Notes under the pieces: generated by a model | Databases searched by the model: none | What the model was told of the DNA's origin: nothing | What the model saw: the letters and a program-made list of their open reading frames with translations, nothing else | Assembly (NCBI GenBank): GCA_963717505.1 | Contig: OY970342.1 | Span: 1,792,001-1,856,000 of the forward strand | Direction: 5' to 3' | Length of the DNA: 64,000 nt | Source of the DNA: Candidatus Eiseniibacteriota bacterium | GTDB lineage: Bacteria; Eisenbacteria; RBG-16-71-46 | Program-made: the position numbers and the translations under genes | Shown: piece after piece, positions 9,369-19,232 of the stretch | How positions within the stretch are numbered: the first letter of the stretch is position 1 | Layout: the number at the start of each line of letters is the position of its first letter

Positions 9369-11630
9369 TCAGGCGGACGATATCGCGACCGCGATTCGCG
9401 CGTCCACGATGGTGCAGCCTTGTCCGGGGGGTAGGACCTTCACCGGGTTCAGGTCCATCTCGACCACCCCGGGATGGTCCTCGACCAGTTGCGAGACGCG
9501 CAGCAGCAGCCCTTCGAGCGCAGGCACGTCTCCGGGTGGCGCGCCGCGCCAGCCCTCGAATAGTCGCGCGCCCCGGATTTCGCGGATCATGTGCTGTGCG
9601 TCGCGATCGGTGAGCGGATGCACGCGGAACGCCACGTCTTTCAGCAGCTCCACGTAGATGCCGCCGAGCCCGAACATGATCAACGGTCCGAACGAGCGGT
9701 CAGTGGTGACGCCGACGGCGGCTTCGATGCCCTCCGTGATCATCGGTTGCACGGTGACGCCCGCCATGGCCGCGGCCAGCCCGCGTGCGTGCAGCCGCTC
9801 GGCGATGCCGTCCCAGGCGCGATGCACCTCGGCCTCGCTGCGCACGTCGAGCACGACGCCGCCGACGTCGGACTTGTGGGTCAGCGTGTCCGACGCCAGC
9901 TTGATGGCGACCGGGAAGCCGTAGCGGCGGGCGAGTGCTGCCGCCGACGAGGCGTCCGTGGCGACCTCGGTGGGCGGCATGACGATGCCGTAGGCCGCGA
10001 GCACCGCGCGCACCTCGTCCGGGCGAAGCCACGCGGTCGCGGCGGCCGGGGCGTGGCCCGACGACCCGGGTTCGGCCGCACCTCGCCGCGCGGCTTCGGA
10101 CAGGACTTTGGCCGCACGTTCTTCGTCGACGTCGTCGAAGCGAACCCGCTGCCCTTCCGGTTCCTCGAGCCAACGGCCGTAGCGCGCGGCGCGCGCCAGG
10201 GCCATGACCGCCGATTCCGGAAACGGGTAGGAGGGGATGTGACCCTGCTGCAGGGATTCGAGCCCTTCCGAAATTCCGTGGGCGCCGAGGAAGCACGACA
10301 AGACGGGCTTGGGCGCCATTTTCCGTTGGCTGGCCGCGGCGGCCGCGGCCGTCGCACCCCGCACGATCGCGCGTGCCACGTCGAGCGGTCGGGTGACGAC
10401 CGGCGGCACGTAGATCGCTAGCACCGCGTCGACGTTGGGATCCTCGTAGACCAGCCGGATCGCCTTCTCGAACGACTCGGGCACGGCTGAAGCGATCATG
10501 TCGACCGGGTTCCGCGTGCTCGCCTCGACCGGGAGGAAGGCGCGCAGGGCTTCGACCGTGGCCGGGGTCAGCCCCGGAACTTCGAGACCGTGCATCTCAC
10601 ACGCGTCGGACGCCATGATCCCCGGGCCGCCGGCGTTGGTCACGATCCCGACCCGCGAGCCGCGTGGCACCGGCTGGTTCGCGAACAACATCGCGACGTC
10701 GAACAACTCTTCGATCGTATCGGTGCGAATGACGCCTGATTGCAGGCACAGGGCCTCGACCGCGACATCGGCGCCGGCGAGCGAGCCGGTGTGCGAGGCG
10801 GCCGCTCGTTCGCCGGCCGCGGTGCGGCCGCTCTTGACCGCGACGATCGGTTTGGCGCGCGCCACGCGTCGCGCGATCTGCGAGAAGCGCCGCGGATTCC
10901 CGAACGACTCGAGGTAGAGCAGGATCACGCGCGTACCGGCGTCCTGCTCCCAGAACTCGAGCAGGTCGTTGCCCGAGACGTCGGCCTTGTTGCCGATGCT
11001 CGCGAAATGGGAAATCCCGATATTGAGCTGTGCCGCGAGATCGAGGATCGCGAGACCCAGGGCGCCGCTCTGCGAGGAGAACGCCACTCGGCCGGCAGGC
11101 GGGTAGATCGGCGCGAACGTCGCGTCCATGCTCACGGCGGACTCGGTGTTCACCACGCCGAGGCAATTGGGGCCCACCAGACGCATGCCGTGGCCGCGGG
11201 CGCACTCCAGCAGTGCGCGCTCGCGCGAAGCTCCCTCGGCGCCGGTCTCCTTGAAACCGGCGCTGATCACGACCGCGGCCCGGACCTTCGCGCGCCCGCA
11301 GGCGTCGAGCACCGCGAGCACGTGCGCCGCCGGCACCACGATCACGGCCAGGTCGACCGGGCCCGGTACGTCGGCGATCGTCGGATAGGCGCGCACGGAT
11401 TGCACGGCGTCGGCTTTCGCGTTCACCGGATAGACCGGGCCGTTGAAGCCGTGCTCGAGCAGATTGTGGAAGATCTCGGCGCCGACCGAGCCGCGCTCGC
11501 GCGAGGCGCCGATCACGGCCACCGAGCGCGGGCGGAAGACCGCGTCGAGACCGTGAATGCCCTTGAGCGTCGGGGACACTGTTTCGACGCGTCGTGCGGG
11601 AGTCGCTTCTGCGATTCGCGGAGTGGTCAA
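9369..11630 (-). CDS. Acetate/acyl-CoA ligase (ADP-forming), fused alpha-beta type; start approximate
   Basis: 'PRSVAVIGAS', 'RLVGPNCLG', 'SQSGA', catalytic 'ASHTGSLAG', 'TNAGGPGIMASD', and ATP-grasp 'HKSDVGGV', 'EMDLNP'. Confidence 0.9.
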   Translation of the reverse strand: MTTPRIAEATPARRVETVSPTLKGIHGLDAVFRPRSVAVIGASRERGSVGAEIFHNLLEHGFNGPVYPVNAKADAVQSVRAYPTIADVPGPVDLAVIVVPAAHVLAVLDACGRAKVRAAVVISAGFKETGAEGASRERALLECARGHGMRLVGPNCLGVVNTESAVSMDATFAPIYPPAGRVAFSSQSGALGLAILDLAAQLNIGISHFASIGNKADVSGNDLLEFWEQDAGTRVILLYLESFGNPRRFSQIARRVARAKPIVAVKSGRTAAGERAAASHTGSLAGADVAVEALCLQSGVIRTDTIEELFDVAMLFANQPVPRGSRVGIVTNAGGPGIMASDACEMHGLEVPGLTPATVEALRAFLPVEASTRNPVDMIASAVPESFEKAIRLVYEDPNVDAVLAIYVPPVVTRPLDVARAIVRGATAAAAAASQRKMAPKPVLSCFLGAHGISEGLESLQQGHIPSYPFPESAVMALARAARYGRWLEEPEGQRVRFDDVDEERAAKVLSEAARRGAAEPGSSGHAPAAATAWLRPDEVRAVLAAYGIVMPPTEVATDASSAAALARRYGFPVAIKLASDTLTHKSDVGGVVLDVRSEAEVHRAWDGIAERLHARGLAAAMAGVTVQPMITEGIEAAVGVTTDRSFGPLIMFGLGGIYVELLKDVAFRVHPLTDRDAQHMIREIRGARLFEGWRGAPPGDVPALEGLLLRVSQLVEDHPGVVEMDLNPVKVLPPGQGCTIVDARIAVAISSA

Positions 11631-11728
11631 GGCGGGTTTCTCCAATCGAGACTTGGGTTCGGGTGCCGGCGGCCACCCGACTCCGGTTTTCGAGACCGGA
11701 GGCGCTATCGTACCGGAGTCGACGCGAG

Positions 11729-13957
11729 ATGCCGCCTCGCGCGATCCGGACCCGTATCCGCCGAGCCCGACGCGGTCCGTGCCGCCAGCCGGCCGAGGGA
11801 CCGACCGTGGCCTCCCGTCGAAGCCCAGCATCCGCCCGCCCGGCGCGAGGGCGCCGCGCCGGAACCCAGCGCGCGCGCGCCGCGCGAACCCGCCGAACGT
11901 TGGACGCACGCCCCGACACCGTCGACTTCCGCGATCTCATGTACCGGACCACGCTGGTCGAGGTGCCGCGCGAGCGACCGCTCGCCGATTACCGCCGGAT
12001 CAGCGCCCCGATTCTCAATCAGGGCCAGGAGGGGGCCTGCACCGGATTCGGGCTCGCCACCGTCGTCCACTACCTGTTGCGCACGCGCGAACCGAGCGGC
12101 GATCCGCCGGCGCGACGCGGCGAGCGCGGGTTCAACCGGATCGCGGTGAGCCCGCACATGCTCTACCGCATGTCGCGCCGGTACGACGAATGGGCGGGCG
12201 AGGACGACGACGGCTCGAGCGCTCGCGGGGCCATGAAGGGCTGGCACAAGCACGGGGTGTGCGCGCTGTCGGCGTGGAAGTCGGCGGGCGCCGGCACCTC
12301 CGACACCCTGCTCACCGCGGAACGTTCCGGCGACGCGCTCGCCCGACCGCTGGGGGGATACTTCAGGGTCAACCACCAGGACCTGGTCGCCATGCATGCC
12401 GCCCTCGCCGAGGTCGGCATCCTGTTCGCCACCTCCTGGGTACACCGGGGATGGGACGAGGTCAAGAGCGACGGGCGCATCCGCTTTCGTTCCGGCAACG
12501 ACGGCGGGCACGCGTTCGCGATCATCGCGTGGGACCGCGACGGTTTCTGGATCCAGAACTCGTGGGGACCGACGTGGGGGAAACTCGGCTTCGGTCACGT
12601 CGCCTACGACGACTGGCTCGAGAACGGCACCGACGTCTGGGTCGCCCGACTGGGTTCGCCGGTCGGGCTCGCGTCGCGCGCCGAAGCCGATTCGACGACC
12701 GGTCGCTCGACGGCGGGTGTCCGGTCGCCGCGTGCGCTGTCGGAGCTGCGGCCGCACGTGATCAGCCTGGGCAACCAGGGACGACTGCGGACCACCGGCT
12801 CCCTGGGGACCGACGAGCAGGCGGTGACGGGAATCTTCAATCACGATTTTCCGCAGATCACAAAAGGCTGGAAGCGGAAGCGCCTGCTGCTCTACGCGCA
12901 CGGCGGACTTGTCGCCGAGGAAGGCGCACTCCAGCGCGTTCAGGACTATCGCCAGGCGTTCCTGCCCGCCGAGGTCTACCCGCTCGCGTTCGTGTGGAAG
13001 AGCGACTACTGGACCACGATCAAGAACGCGCTCGAGGACGCGCAGAATCGCCGGAAGCCGGAAGGGTTCCTCGACAAGACGCGAGACTTCCTGCTCAACC
13101 GGCTCGACGACACACTCGAGCCGATCGCGCGTTTCGGCACCGGCAAGCTCGAGTGGGACGAGATGAAGGAGAACGCGACCCAGGCCACCGTTGCGCCCGA
13201 CGGCGGCGCGCGACTCGTGGCGCAGCACGTCGCGGCCCTGGCGCGGCAAGGGGTCGAGATCCACGTTGCGGCGCACAGCGCCGGCGCCATCCTCATGGCA
13301 TGGCTGGTCCGGTTGCTCACGACCTCGGGCGCGATCGCCGACGGCGAGCTGTTCGGTTCGACCGGGCATGGCGCCAGCATTCAGTCGTGCTCCTTGTGGG
13401 CGCCCGCCTGCACGCTCGACGTATTCCGCGAAGCGTACCTGCCGGCGGTCGATTCCGGACGGCTCCGTCAATTCAATCTGTTCACGCTCACCGACAGGGC
13501 CGAGCAGGGCGACCACTGCGCGAACATCTATCGGAAGTCCCTGCTCTATCTGGTGTCGCACGCGTTCGAGAAACGCATGCGCAACCCGCTGGTGCCGGCG
13601 AGCGTCAATCCCCGCGCCGCCGGCGAGCCGATCCTCGGCATGGAGTGGTGGCTGTCGCGGGACCGCGCGCTGGCCGCGCGGTTCAAGGTGCCGACCGGAG
13701 TCGAGGCCAGCTCGAAGAAAGAGGGCCCGTTGGTCTGGATCCAGTCGCCCAACACATTCCCTGAAGGATCGTGCCTGGCATCCGCGGCGCGGGGGCACGG
13801 CGCCTTCGACGACGACGTCGCGACCGTCAAGGCGACGTTGGCTCGCATCCTCGGGCGGGTCGAACTACCCAGAGGAACCCGGGTGGCGTTCGAGCGTTCC
13901 GACGCGTCCAACCGCGACCGTCGCGAGCAAATCATGCGGAGCACCAAGCCGGCCTAG
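11729..13957 (+). CDS. Papain-family (C1A) cysteine peptidase fused to an alpha/beta-hydrolase-like domain
   Basis: NQGQEGACTGF (Gln/Cys), GGHAF (His), QNSWG (Asn). The C-terminal half has LYAHGG and the nucleophile elbow AHSAG. Confidence 0.8.
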   Translation: MPPRAIRTRIRRARRGPCRQPAEGPTVASRRSPASARPARGRRAGTQRARAARTRRTLDARPDTVDFRDLMYRTTLVEVPRERPLADYRRISAPILNQGQEGACTGFGLATVVHYLLRTREPSGDPPARRGERGFNRIAVSPHMLYRMSRRYDEWAGEDDDGSSARGAMKGWHKHGVCALSAWKSAGAGTSDTLLTAERSGDALARPLGGYFRVNHQDLVAMHAALAEVGILFATSWVHRGWDEVKSDGRIRFRSGNDGGHAFAIIAWDRDGFWIQNSWGPTWGKLGFGHVAYDDWLENGTDVWVARLGSPVGLASRAEADSTTGRSTAGVRSPRALSELRPHVISLGNQGRLRTTGSLGTDEQAVTGIFNHDFPQITKGWKRKRLLLYAHGGLVAEEGALQRVQDYRQAFLPAEVYPLAFVWKSDYWTTIKNALEDAQNRRKPEGFLDKTRDFLLNRLDDTLEPIARFGTGKLEWDEMKENATQATVAPDGGARLVAQHVAALARQGVEIHVAAHSAGAILMAWLVRLLTTSGAIADGELFGSTGHGASIQSCSLWAPACTLDVFREAYLPAVDSGRLRQFNLFTLTDRAEQGDHCANIYRKSLLYLVSHAFEKRMRNPLVPASVNPRAAGEPILGMEWWLSRDRALAARFKVPTGVEASSKKEGPLVWIQSPNTFPEGSCLASAARGHGAFDDDVATVKATLARILGRVELPRGTRVAFERSDASNRDRREQIMRSTKPA

Positions 13958-13967
13958 TCTTTGCGGG

Positions 13968-14408
13968 CTACTCCTTGATCTTGACCACCAACACGCTGCA
14001 CGGCGCATGCGTCACGATGTGCGAGGCGACGCTGCCGAGCAGCAGCTTGGCAACACCGCTACGGCCATGCGAGCCGACCACGATCAGGTCGGCCGCTTCC
14101 GCCCGCGCGAGGTCGACGATCACCGTGCGGGCATCGCCCTGCAGCACCTTGGCCTCGGTCTGGAACCCCGCCCCCTGCAGCGCCTTCTCGGCGTCGGACG
14201 CGATCTCCTGGTGGAACTTGAACAGCTCGTCCATCGCACGGTCCGAGTAGGCCGGCGACGCCACATAGACTTCGGTGTATGCGGGCACCACGTCACGGAC
14301 GGCGGAAACGACGACCACCCGCGTGCCCTTCGGCCAGGTGGCCTTCTTGACGTACTCGAGCGCGGCGCGCGAGTGCTTCGAGTCATCGACTCCGATCAGG
14401 ATCTTCAT
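13968..14408 (-). CDS. Universal stress protein (UspA family)
   Basis: 'MKILIGVDDS..ADLIVVGSHGRSGVAKLLLGSVASHIVTHAPCSVLVV'. Confidence 0.93.
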   Translation of the reverse strand: MKILIGVDDSKHSRAALEYVKKATWPKGTRVVVVSAVRDVVPAYTEVYVASPAYSDRAMDELFKFHQEIASDAEKALQGAGFQTEAKVLQGDARTVIVDLARAEAADLIVVGSHGRSGVAKLLLGSVASHIVTHAPCSVLVVKIKE

Positions 14409-14489
14409 GGCTTCCTCCTGGTGCGCTTGAACGGCACCGGACGTGGGCGCCGCGGGCAGCGGCGTCCGCCGTCTTCATTCGCCAATACC

Positions 14490-14504
14490 GCAATGCCTGT
14501 GCCA
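14490..14504 (-). promoter_or_regulatory. Sigma-54 -24/-12 promoter for usp
   Basis: Minus strand reads TGGCACAGGCATTGC(G), near consensus, about 80 bp before the ATG. Confidence 0.75.
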
Positions 14505-14698
14505 TTGAATCCGGGGCCACGAACGGTGCGGCGCTTGACGTTGCTGCGCTCCCGGATCGCCCGGGCGTGACAGAAGTTCAGGCGGGACTGCCAGCGACGA
14601 CCAGGGTCGCCCGACCTGATTCGCGCCGTCGGGCGGAACGGCCCCCCAATCCCATGCCCCGACTGCCACTTGGGCCTCCTGTGAGGACGCCGCGCCCT

Positions 14699-14713
14699 CG
14701 GCACGCCGGTTGC
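14699..14713 (+). promoter_or_regulatory. Sigma-54 -24/-12 promoter for the cytochrome c-nos operon
   Basis: CGGCACGCCGGTTGC(G), 68 bp before ATG 14782. Confidence 0.75.
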
Positions 14714-14781
14714 GGAGTCCGTCACCAAAGCCACGGCGGGTGTTCATCCCGCTCGCGTTGTCGTGAAACAGGAGGCCTTCC

Positions 14782-15297
14782 ATGAAAACCGCCAATCGCC
14801 TCTTTTTGGTCTTTTCCCTGATTGCGCTCTGGGGCTGCGGTGCGAAGTCCGGCGATTCCCCGTCGAATCCGCCGGCAAACGCCGCCCCCAGCGCATCGTC
14901 CACTGGCTCCAAGTACGACTCGGGACCCCGCGCCGGCGCCCAGCCGGCCGACGAGACGCTGGCCAAGTCCGGCGAACAGCTGTTCAAGGACAAGGGCTGC
15001 TCCGCGTGCCACGCGTTCGGCGCCAAGCTCTCAGGCCCCGATCTCACGGGGGTCACCCAGCGACGCACCGCGCAGTGGATGGAGAACCAGATCCTTCACC
15101 CCGAGGTGATGGTGAAGGAGGATCCGATCTCGCGTCAGCTGATGGCGACACACATGCTGCAGATGCCGAACCAAGGGCTCAAGACCGAGGAAGCTCGCGC
15201 GGTAATCGAGTTCCTGAAGCACCGTGATCACGAGGCTGCCGAGGCGGCCGCCGAGGCCGCAGAGGACGCCTCCGAGAAAGAAGGAGGGGGATCATGA
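14782..15297 (+). CDS. Monoheme cytochrome c lipoprotein (NosC-like electron donor to NosZ)
   Basis: LWGC lipobox, CSACH, GPDL, distal 'QMPNQ'. AGGAGG RBS. Overlaps the nosZ start. Confidence 0.85.
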   Translation: MKTANRLFLVFSLIALWGCGAKSGDSPSNPPANAAPSASSTGSKYDSGPRAGAQPADETLAKSGEQLFKDKGCSACHAFGAKLSGPDLTGVTQRRTAQWMENQILHPEVMVKEDPISRQLMATHMLQMPNQGLKTEEARAVIEFLKHRDHEAAEAAAEAAEDASEKEGGGS

Positions 15298-17210
15298 AAC
15301 GTTGGCTGCTGGTCGGGGTCGCCATGCTCGCGCTGTGGGGCATCACTTCACAGGGCTGCACGGCCCTTCGGGGCGGTGCCGGCAACGCCGGCTCGGCGGC
15401 ACAGAAAGTTTACGTGAAGCCCGGTGAGCTCGACTCCTATTACGCGTTCCTTTCCGGCGGGCATCACGGCAATGTCTACGTGTACGGCATGCCGTCGTGC
15501 CGGCACATCACGACGATTCCGGTGTTCACACCCGAGCCCGCGGTCGGCTACGGCAACGACGAAGAGTCGAAGGCCATGCTCGGCGGCTTCACCTGGGGCG
15601 ATGCCCATCACCCGGGCCTGTCGGAGACCGACGGCAACTACGACGGTCGCTGGCTGTTCATCAACGACATGCCAAACGCGCGCATCGCGCGCATCGATCT
15701 CAAGGACTTCAAGACCCGCCAGATCTACGGGCCGATTCCGAACCTGTCGGCGGCGCACGCCTGCCCGTTCCCCTCGCCCAACACCGAGTACGTGTTCGCG
15801 GCCTCGCGCTTCTCGACTCCGGTGCCGAATCGTCCGGTCAAGGTCGAGGACTACGGCAAGGACTTCCGCGGAATCATCGCCGGGATCAAGGTCGACCCGC
15901 AGAGCGGCACGATGTCGATGGGCTTCGAAATCCTGATGCCGCCGTTCGACTGGGATCTCGCCGATGCCGGCAAGGGCCCCAGCCACGGCTGGGTGTTCTT
16001 CACCTGCTACAACAGCGAGATGGCGTTCGACTCGCTGGAGGTCAAGGCGTCCCAGCACGAGATGGACTACGTCGCGGTCGTGGACTGGCGCGCCGCGCAG
16101 AAGGCCGTCGACGAGGGCAAGGCGACCACCATCGGCGGCGCTCCCGTGCTCGACCCGGCCAAGGTTCCGGGCGTCGTCTACCTGGTGCCGGTGCCCAAGA
16201 GCCCGCACGGCGTCGACGTCAATCCGACCGGCGAGTACATCTGCGCGTCCGGCAAGCTGCAGGCCGAAGTCACCGTCCTCAACTTTGCCAAGATCCAGTC
16301 CGCGATCCAGGCCGGAAACTTCGACGGCGACCGCATGGGCGTGCCGGTGATCCGCTTCGACGACGCGTTCGAGGCCAAGATCCCGGTCGGGCTCGGCCCG
16401 CTGCATACCCAGTTCGACGACAAGGGCTACGCGTACACCTCGCTGTTCCTCGACTCGCAGATCGCCAAGTGGAAGGTCGGAGCACCCTGGGACGTGGTGG
16501 ACAAGATCGACGTCTACTACTCGATCGGCCACCTGATGGCGTCCGAGGGCGACACGCGGAATCCGACCGGCGAATACGTCGTGGCGCTCGACAAGCTGTC
16601 CAAGGATCGCTATCTGAACGTCGGCCCGACGCATCCCGAGGCGGCTCAGCTGATCGATCTGCGCGGCCCGAAGATGGAGCTGCTGTACGACTTCCCGACC
16701 TACCTCGAGCCGCACTACGCGCAGATGATCCGCGCCGAGAAGATCAAGCCGATCACGGTGTATCCGATCGGCGAGAACAACAAGCCCGGCGCGGTGAAGC
16801 GCGCCGAGGACGCGCGGATCGAGCGCAAGGGCAACCGCGTCGACGTCTACGGCATCGTGGTCCGCACGCACTTCCTGCCCGACATCGTGCGGGTCAACGA
16901 AGGCGACGAAGTCTTCTTCCACTGGACCAATCTCGAGCAGGACGACGACATCGCGCACGGTTTCGGCATCCTGTGGTCGAGCAAGAACATGCAGGTGGAG
17001 CCGGGCGAGACCAAGACCATCCACTGGAAGGCGGAGAAGGCCGGGATCGTGCCGTTCTACTGCTCGAACTTCTGCAGCGCGCTGCATCAGGAGATGCAGG
17101 GCTACATCCAGGTGCAGCCGCGCGGCACGCCGGTCGCGGGAGTCCAGCGGCCGGATCCGGAGCGGATCGAATCGGTGAACGCCGAAATGGCGGCGTTGAC
17201 CCGCAACTGA
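15294..17210 (+). CDS. nosZ: Nitrous-oxide reductase, clade II (Sec-dependent, putative lipoprotein)
   Basis: CuZ His motifs DAHH, AAH, SPHG, PLHT, IGHL, EPHY. CuA motifs AHGF and CSNFCSALHQEM. No twin-arginine signal. Signal ends in SQGC. Confidence 0.96.
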   Translation: MKRWLLVGVAMLALWGITSQGCTALRGGAGNAGSAAQKVYVKPGELDSYYAFLSGGHHGNVYVYGMPSCRHITTIPVFTPEPAVGYGNDEESKAMLGGFTWGDAHHPGLSETDGNYDGRWLFINDMPNARIARIDLKDFKTRQIYGPIPNLSAAHACPFPSPNTEYVFAASRFSTPVPNRPVKVEDYGKDFRGIIAGIKVDPQSGTMSMGFEILMPPFDWDLADAGKGPSHGWVFFTCYNSEMAFDSLEVKASQHEMDYVAVVDWRAAQKAVDEGKATTIGGAPVLDPAKVPGVVYLVPVPKSPHGVDVNPTGEYICASGKLQAEVTVLNFAKIQSAIQAGNFDGDRMGVPVIRFDDAFEAKIPVGLGPLHTQFDDKGYAYTSLFLDSQIAKWKVGAPWDVVDKIDVYYSIGHLMASEGDTRNPTGEYVVALDKLSKDRYLNVGPTHPEAAQLIDLRGPKMELLYDFPTYLEPHYAQMIRAEKIKPITVYPIGENNKPGAVKRAEDARIERKGNRVDVYGIVVRTHFLPDIVRVNEGDEVFFHWTNLEQDDDIAHGFGILWSSKNMQVEPGETKTIHWKAEKAGIVPFYCSNFCSALHQEMQGYIQVQPRGTPVAGVQRPDPERIESVNAEMAALTRN

Positions 17211-17222
17211 CCTTCACGGCGT

Positions 17223-17251
17223 GGGCGCCGGGCGTTTCTCGCCCGGCGCCC
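17223..17251 (+). terminator. 12-bp GC hairpin directly after nosZ (mRNA stabiliser or partial terminator)
   Basis: GGGCGCCGGGCG-TTTCT-CGCCCGGCGCCC is a perfect inverted repeat. Confidence 0.55.
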
Positions 17252-17265
17252 TTCGGGAGCCCCTC

Positions 17266-17916
17266 GTGAACTACCTGATCGGACGATTCGGCGGCCCCGA
17301 GCGGCGGCTGATCCTGCTCGCGGCCCTGGTGCTCTTGCCGATCTTCTTTCTGCCGGTGCTCCCCATCTGGCAGATCAAGATGTGGGCTCCCCAGTATCGC
17401 GAGGGGCTGACGCTGACGATCTACACCAACACGATCAAGGGCGACATCGACAAGATCAACATCCTGAACCACTATGTCGGCATGAAGGCGATCACCGCCG
17501 ACGATTTCCACGAGTTCAGCTACATGCCGCAACTGCTCACGCTGTTCGGAATCATGGCGCTGCTCGCGGCGCTGACCGGCTGGCGATGGCTGGCGGTGCT
17601 CGGCTGGCTCGGCTTCACCACCTTCGCTGCGGTGATGTTCACCGACTACATACGCTGGTTGTGGGCCTACGGCCACGAGCTGGATCCGCGCGCGGCAATC
17701 ACCCTCGACACCTTCATGCCGCCGGTGATCGGCTTTCAGAAGATGGCCAACTTCAAGGTCCTGAGCATCCCCGGTCCCGGGACGCTGTTGCTCGGCGCCG
17801 CTTGGATCCTGGGGCCGGTGATCCTGTGGCTCGAGCGCCGTGGCCGGAAGGCCAGTGCACGCGTCGTCGAGGGTCGGGCCGAACCCGCGGCACGCACGGC
17901 GGCCGGGGGCGAGTGA
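17266..17916 (+). CDS. nosB: Clade II nos membrane protein NosB-like
   Basis: '[16 protein letters not shown]', '[11 protein letters not shown]', '[11 protein letters not shown]', 'PPVIG..KMANF..SIPG'. About four TM helices, located after nosZ. Confidence 0.8.
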   Translation: MNYLIGRFGGPERRLILLAALVLLPIFFLPVLPIWQIKMWAPQYREGLTLTIYTNTIKGDIDKINILNHYVGMKAITADDFHEFSYMPQLLTLFGIMALLAALTGWRWLAVLGWLGFTTFAAVMFTDYIRWLWAYGHELDPRAAITLDTFMPPVIGFQKMANFKVLSIPGPGTLLLGAAWILGPVILWLERRGRKASARVVEGRAEPAARTAAGGE

Positions 17917-17917
17917 G

Positions 17918-19232
17918 ATGCTCGCCGCCGTGATCGCGGGCGCGGCGGCGGCGGCGATCGCCGCCGCCAGCCCGGGCGACACGGTGACCCTGGCCGCGGG
18001 GATCCACTCGGGCCCGCTGCTCGTGGGGCGCGCGATCGTGGTTCGCGGCGAGCCCGGCGCAATCGTGGATGGGGCCGGCACTGGCACCGTGATCACGGTG
18101 ACCGGCGATGGCGCGGTGATCGAGGACCTCGAGATTCGGGCCAGCGGCCGCGACGTGATGGCCGCCGACGCCGGCATCCACGTGCGATCGTGCGCCGGCG
18201 CCCGCCTCCAGCGACTTCGGATTCACGACGTGCTCTACGGCGTCCACGCCGAGCGTGCCACCGGTCTCGAGATTCGCGACTGCCGTCTGACCGGACGGGT
18301 GGCGCCCCTGAACGAGCGTGGCGACGGCAACGGCCTCCACTTCTGGTACTGCAGCCGAGGTCACGCTCGCCGGCAACCAGGTCGAGCGCTTCCTCGACGC
18401 CATCTACCTCTCGTTCACCCATCACAGCCGGGTCGAGGGCAATCGGCTGCAGTGGAGCGGACGCTACGGGCTCCACACCATGTACTGCCAGGACAACCGG
18501 CTCGAGCGCAACGTCTTCACGCTCAATGTCGCCGGCTGCGCCCTGATGTTCTCGAACGGACTCGTGGTCGAAAACAACGACTTCGTCCGCAACCGAGGCC
18601 CACGGACCTACGGACTGTTGTTGCGCGACTGCTCGGCGGGCACCTTCACCGGAAACCGCCTGGCCGACAACACCATCGCCTTGTTCATGGACGGCTCGAA
18701 TCGGAATCGGTTTCGCGGCAACCAGTTTCAGAACAACGGCTGGGGGCTGCTGTTGTTCTCCTCGTGCGCGGCGAACGAGTTCGCCGACAACCAGTTCATC
18801 CACAACGACTACCCGGTCGCACTCGACATGCGCCGCACCAGCAACCGTTTCGACGATGGCGCCACCGGCAACTACTGGAGCGACAACGCCGCGTTCGACC
18901 TCGATGGCGACGGTGTGAGCGACGTGCCCTATGGCCCGGTGACCGCGTTCGCGTTCGTGTCCAAGCAGTATCCCGACCTGACGATCCTGGCCAAGAGTCC
19001 GGCGGTGGCGGCACTCGCCGTGGCCGAGCGCGTGTTTCCGTCGTTGCGCCCGAGCGAGGCGGTGGACCGGTTCCCTCGGGTTGCACCCGCGCCGGCCGTG
19101 AACTCCAACCACTTCGGGGCGGCGGCGCCCGTTCGCCGTCCGGCGTGGGGTGCGGCCCTCGCGTTCGGGGCGTTGGCAGCCGCCGGTGCGGTCGGGCTCG
19201 TGCGGCCACTGCGCGCGCGAGGTGCGTCATGA
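17918..19232 (+). CDS. nosD: Nitrous oxide reductase maturation protein NosD (frameshift near 18356)
   Basis: Beta-helix pattern with 'GNGLHFWY', 'RYGLHTMY', 'GCALMFS', '[18 protein letters not shown]'. An extra C in 'tgcagccgaggtc' shifts the frame. Confidence 0.88.
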
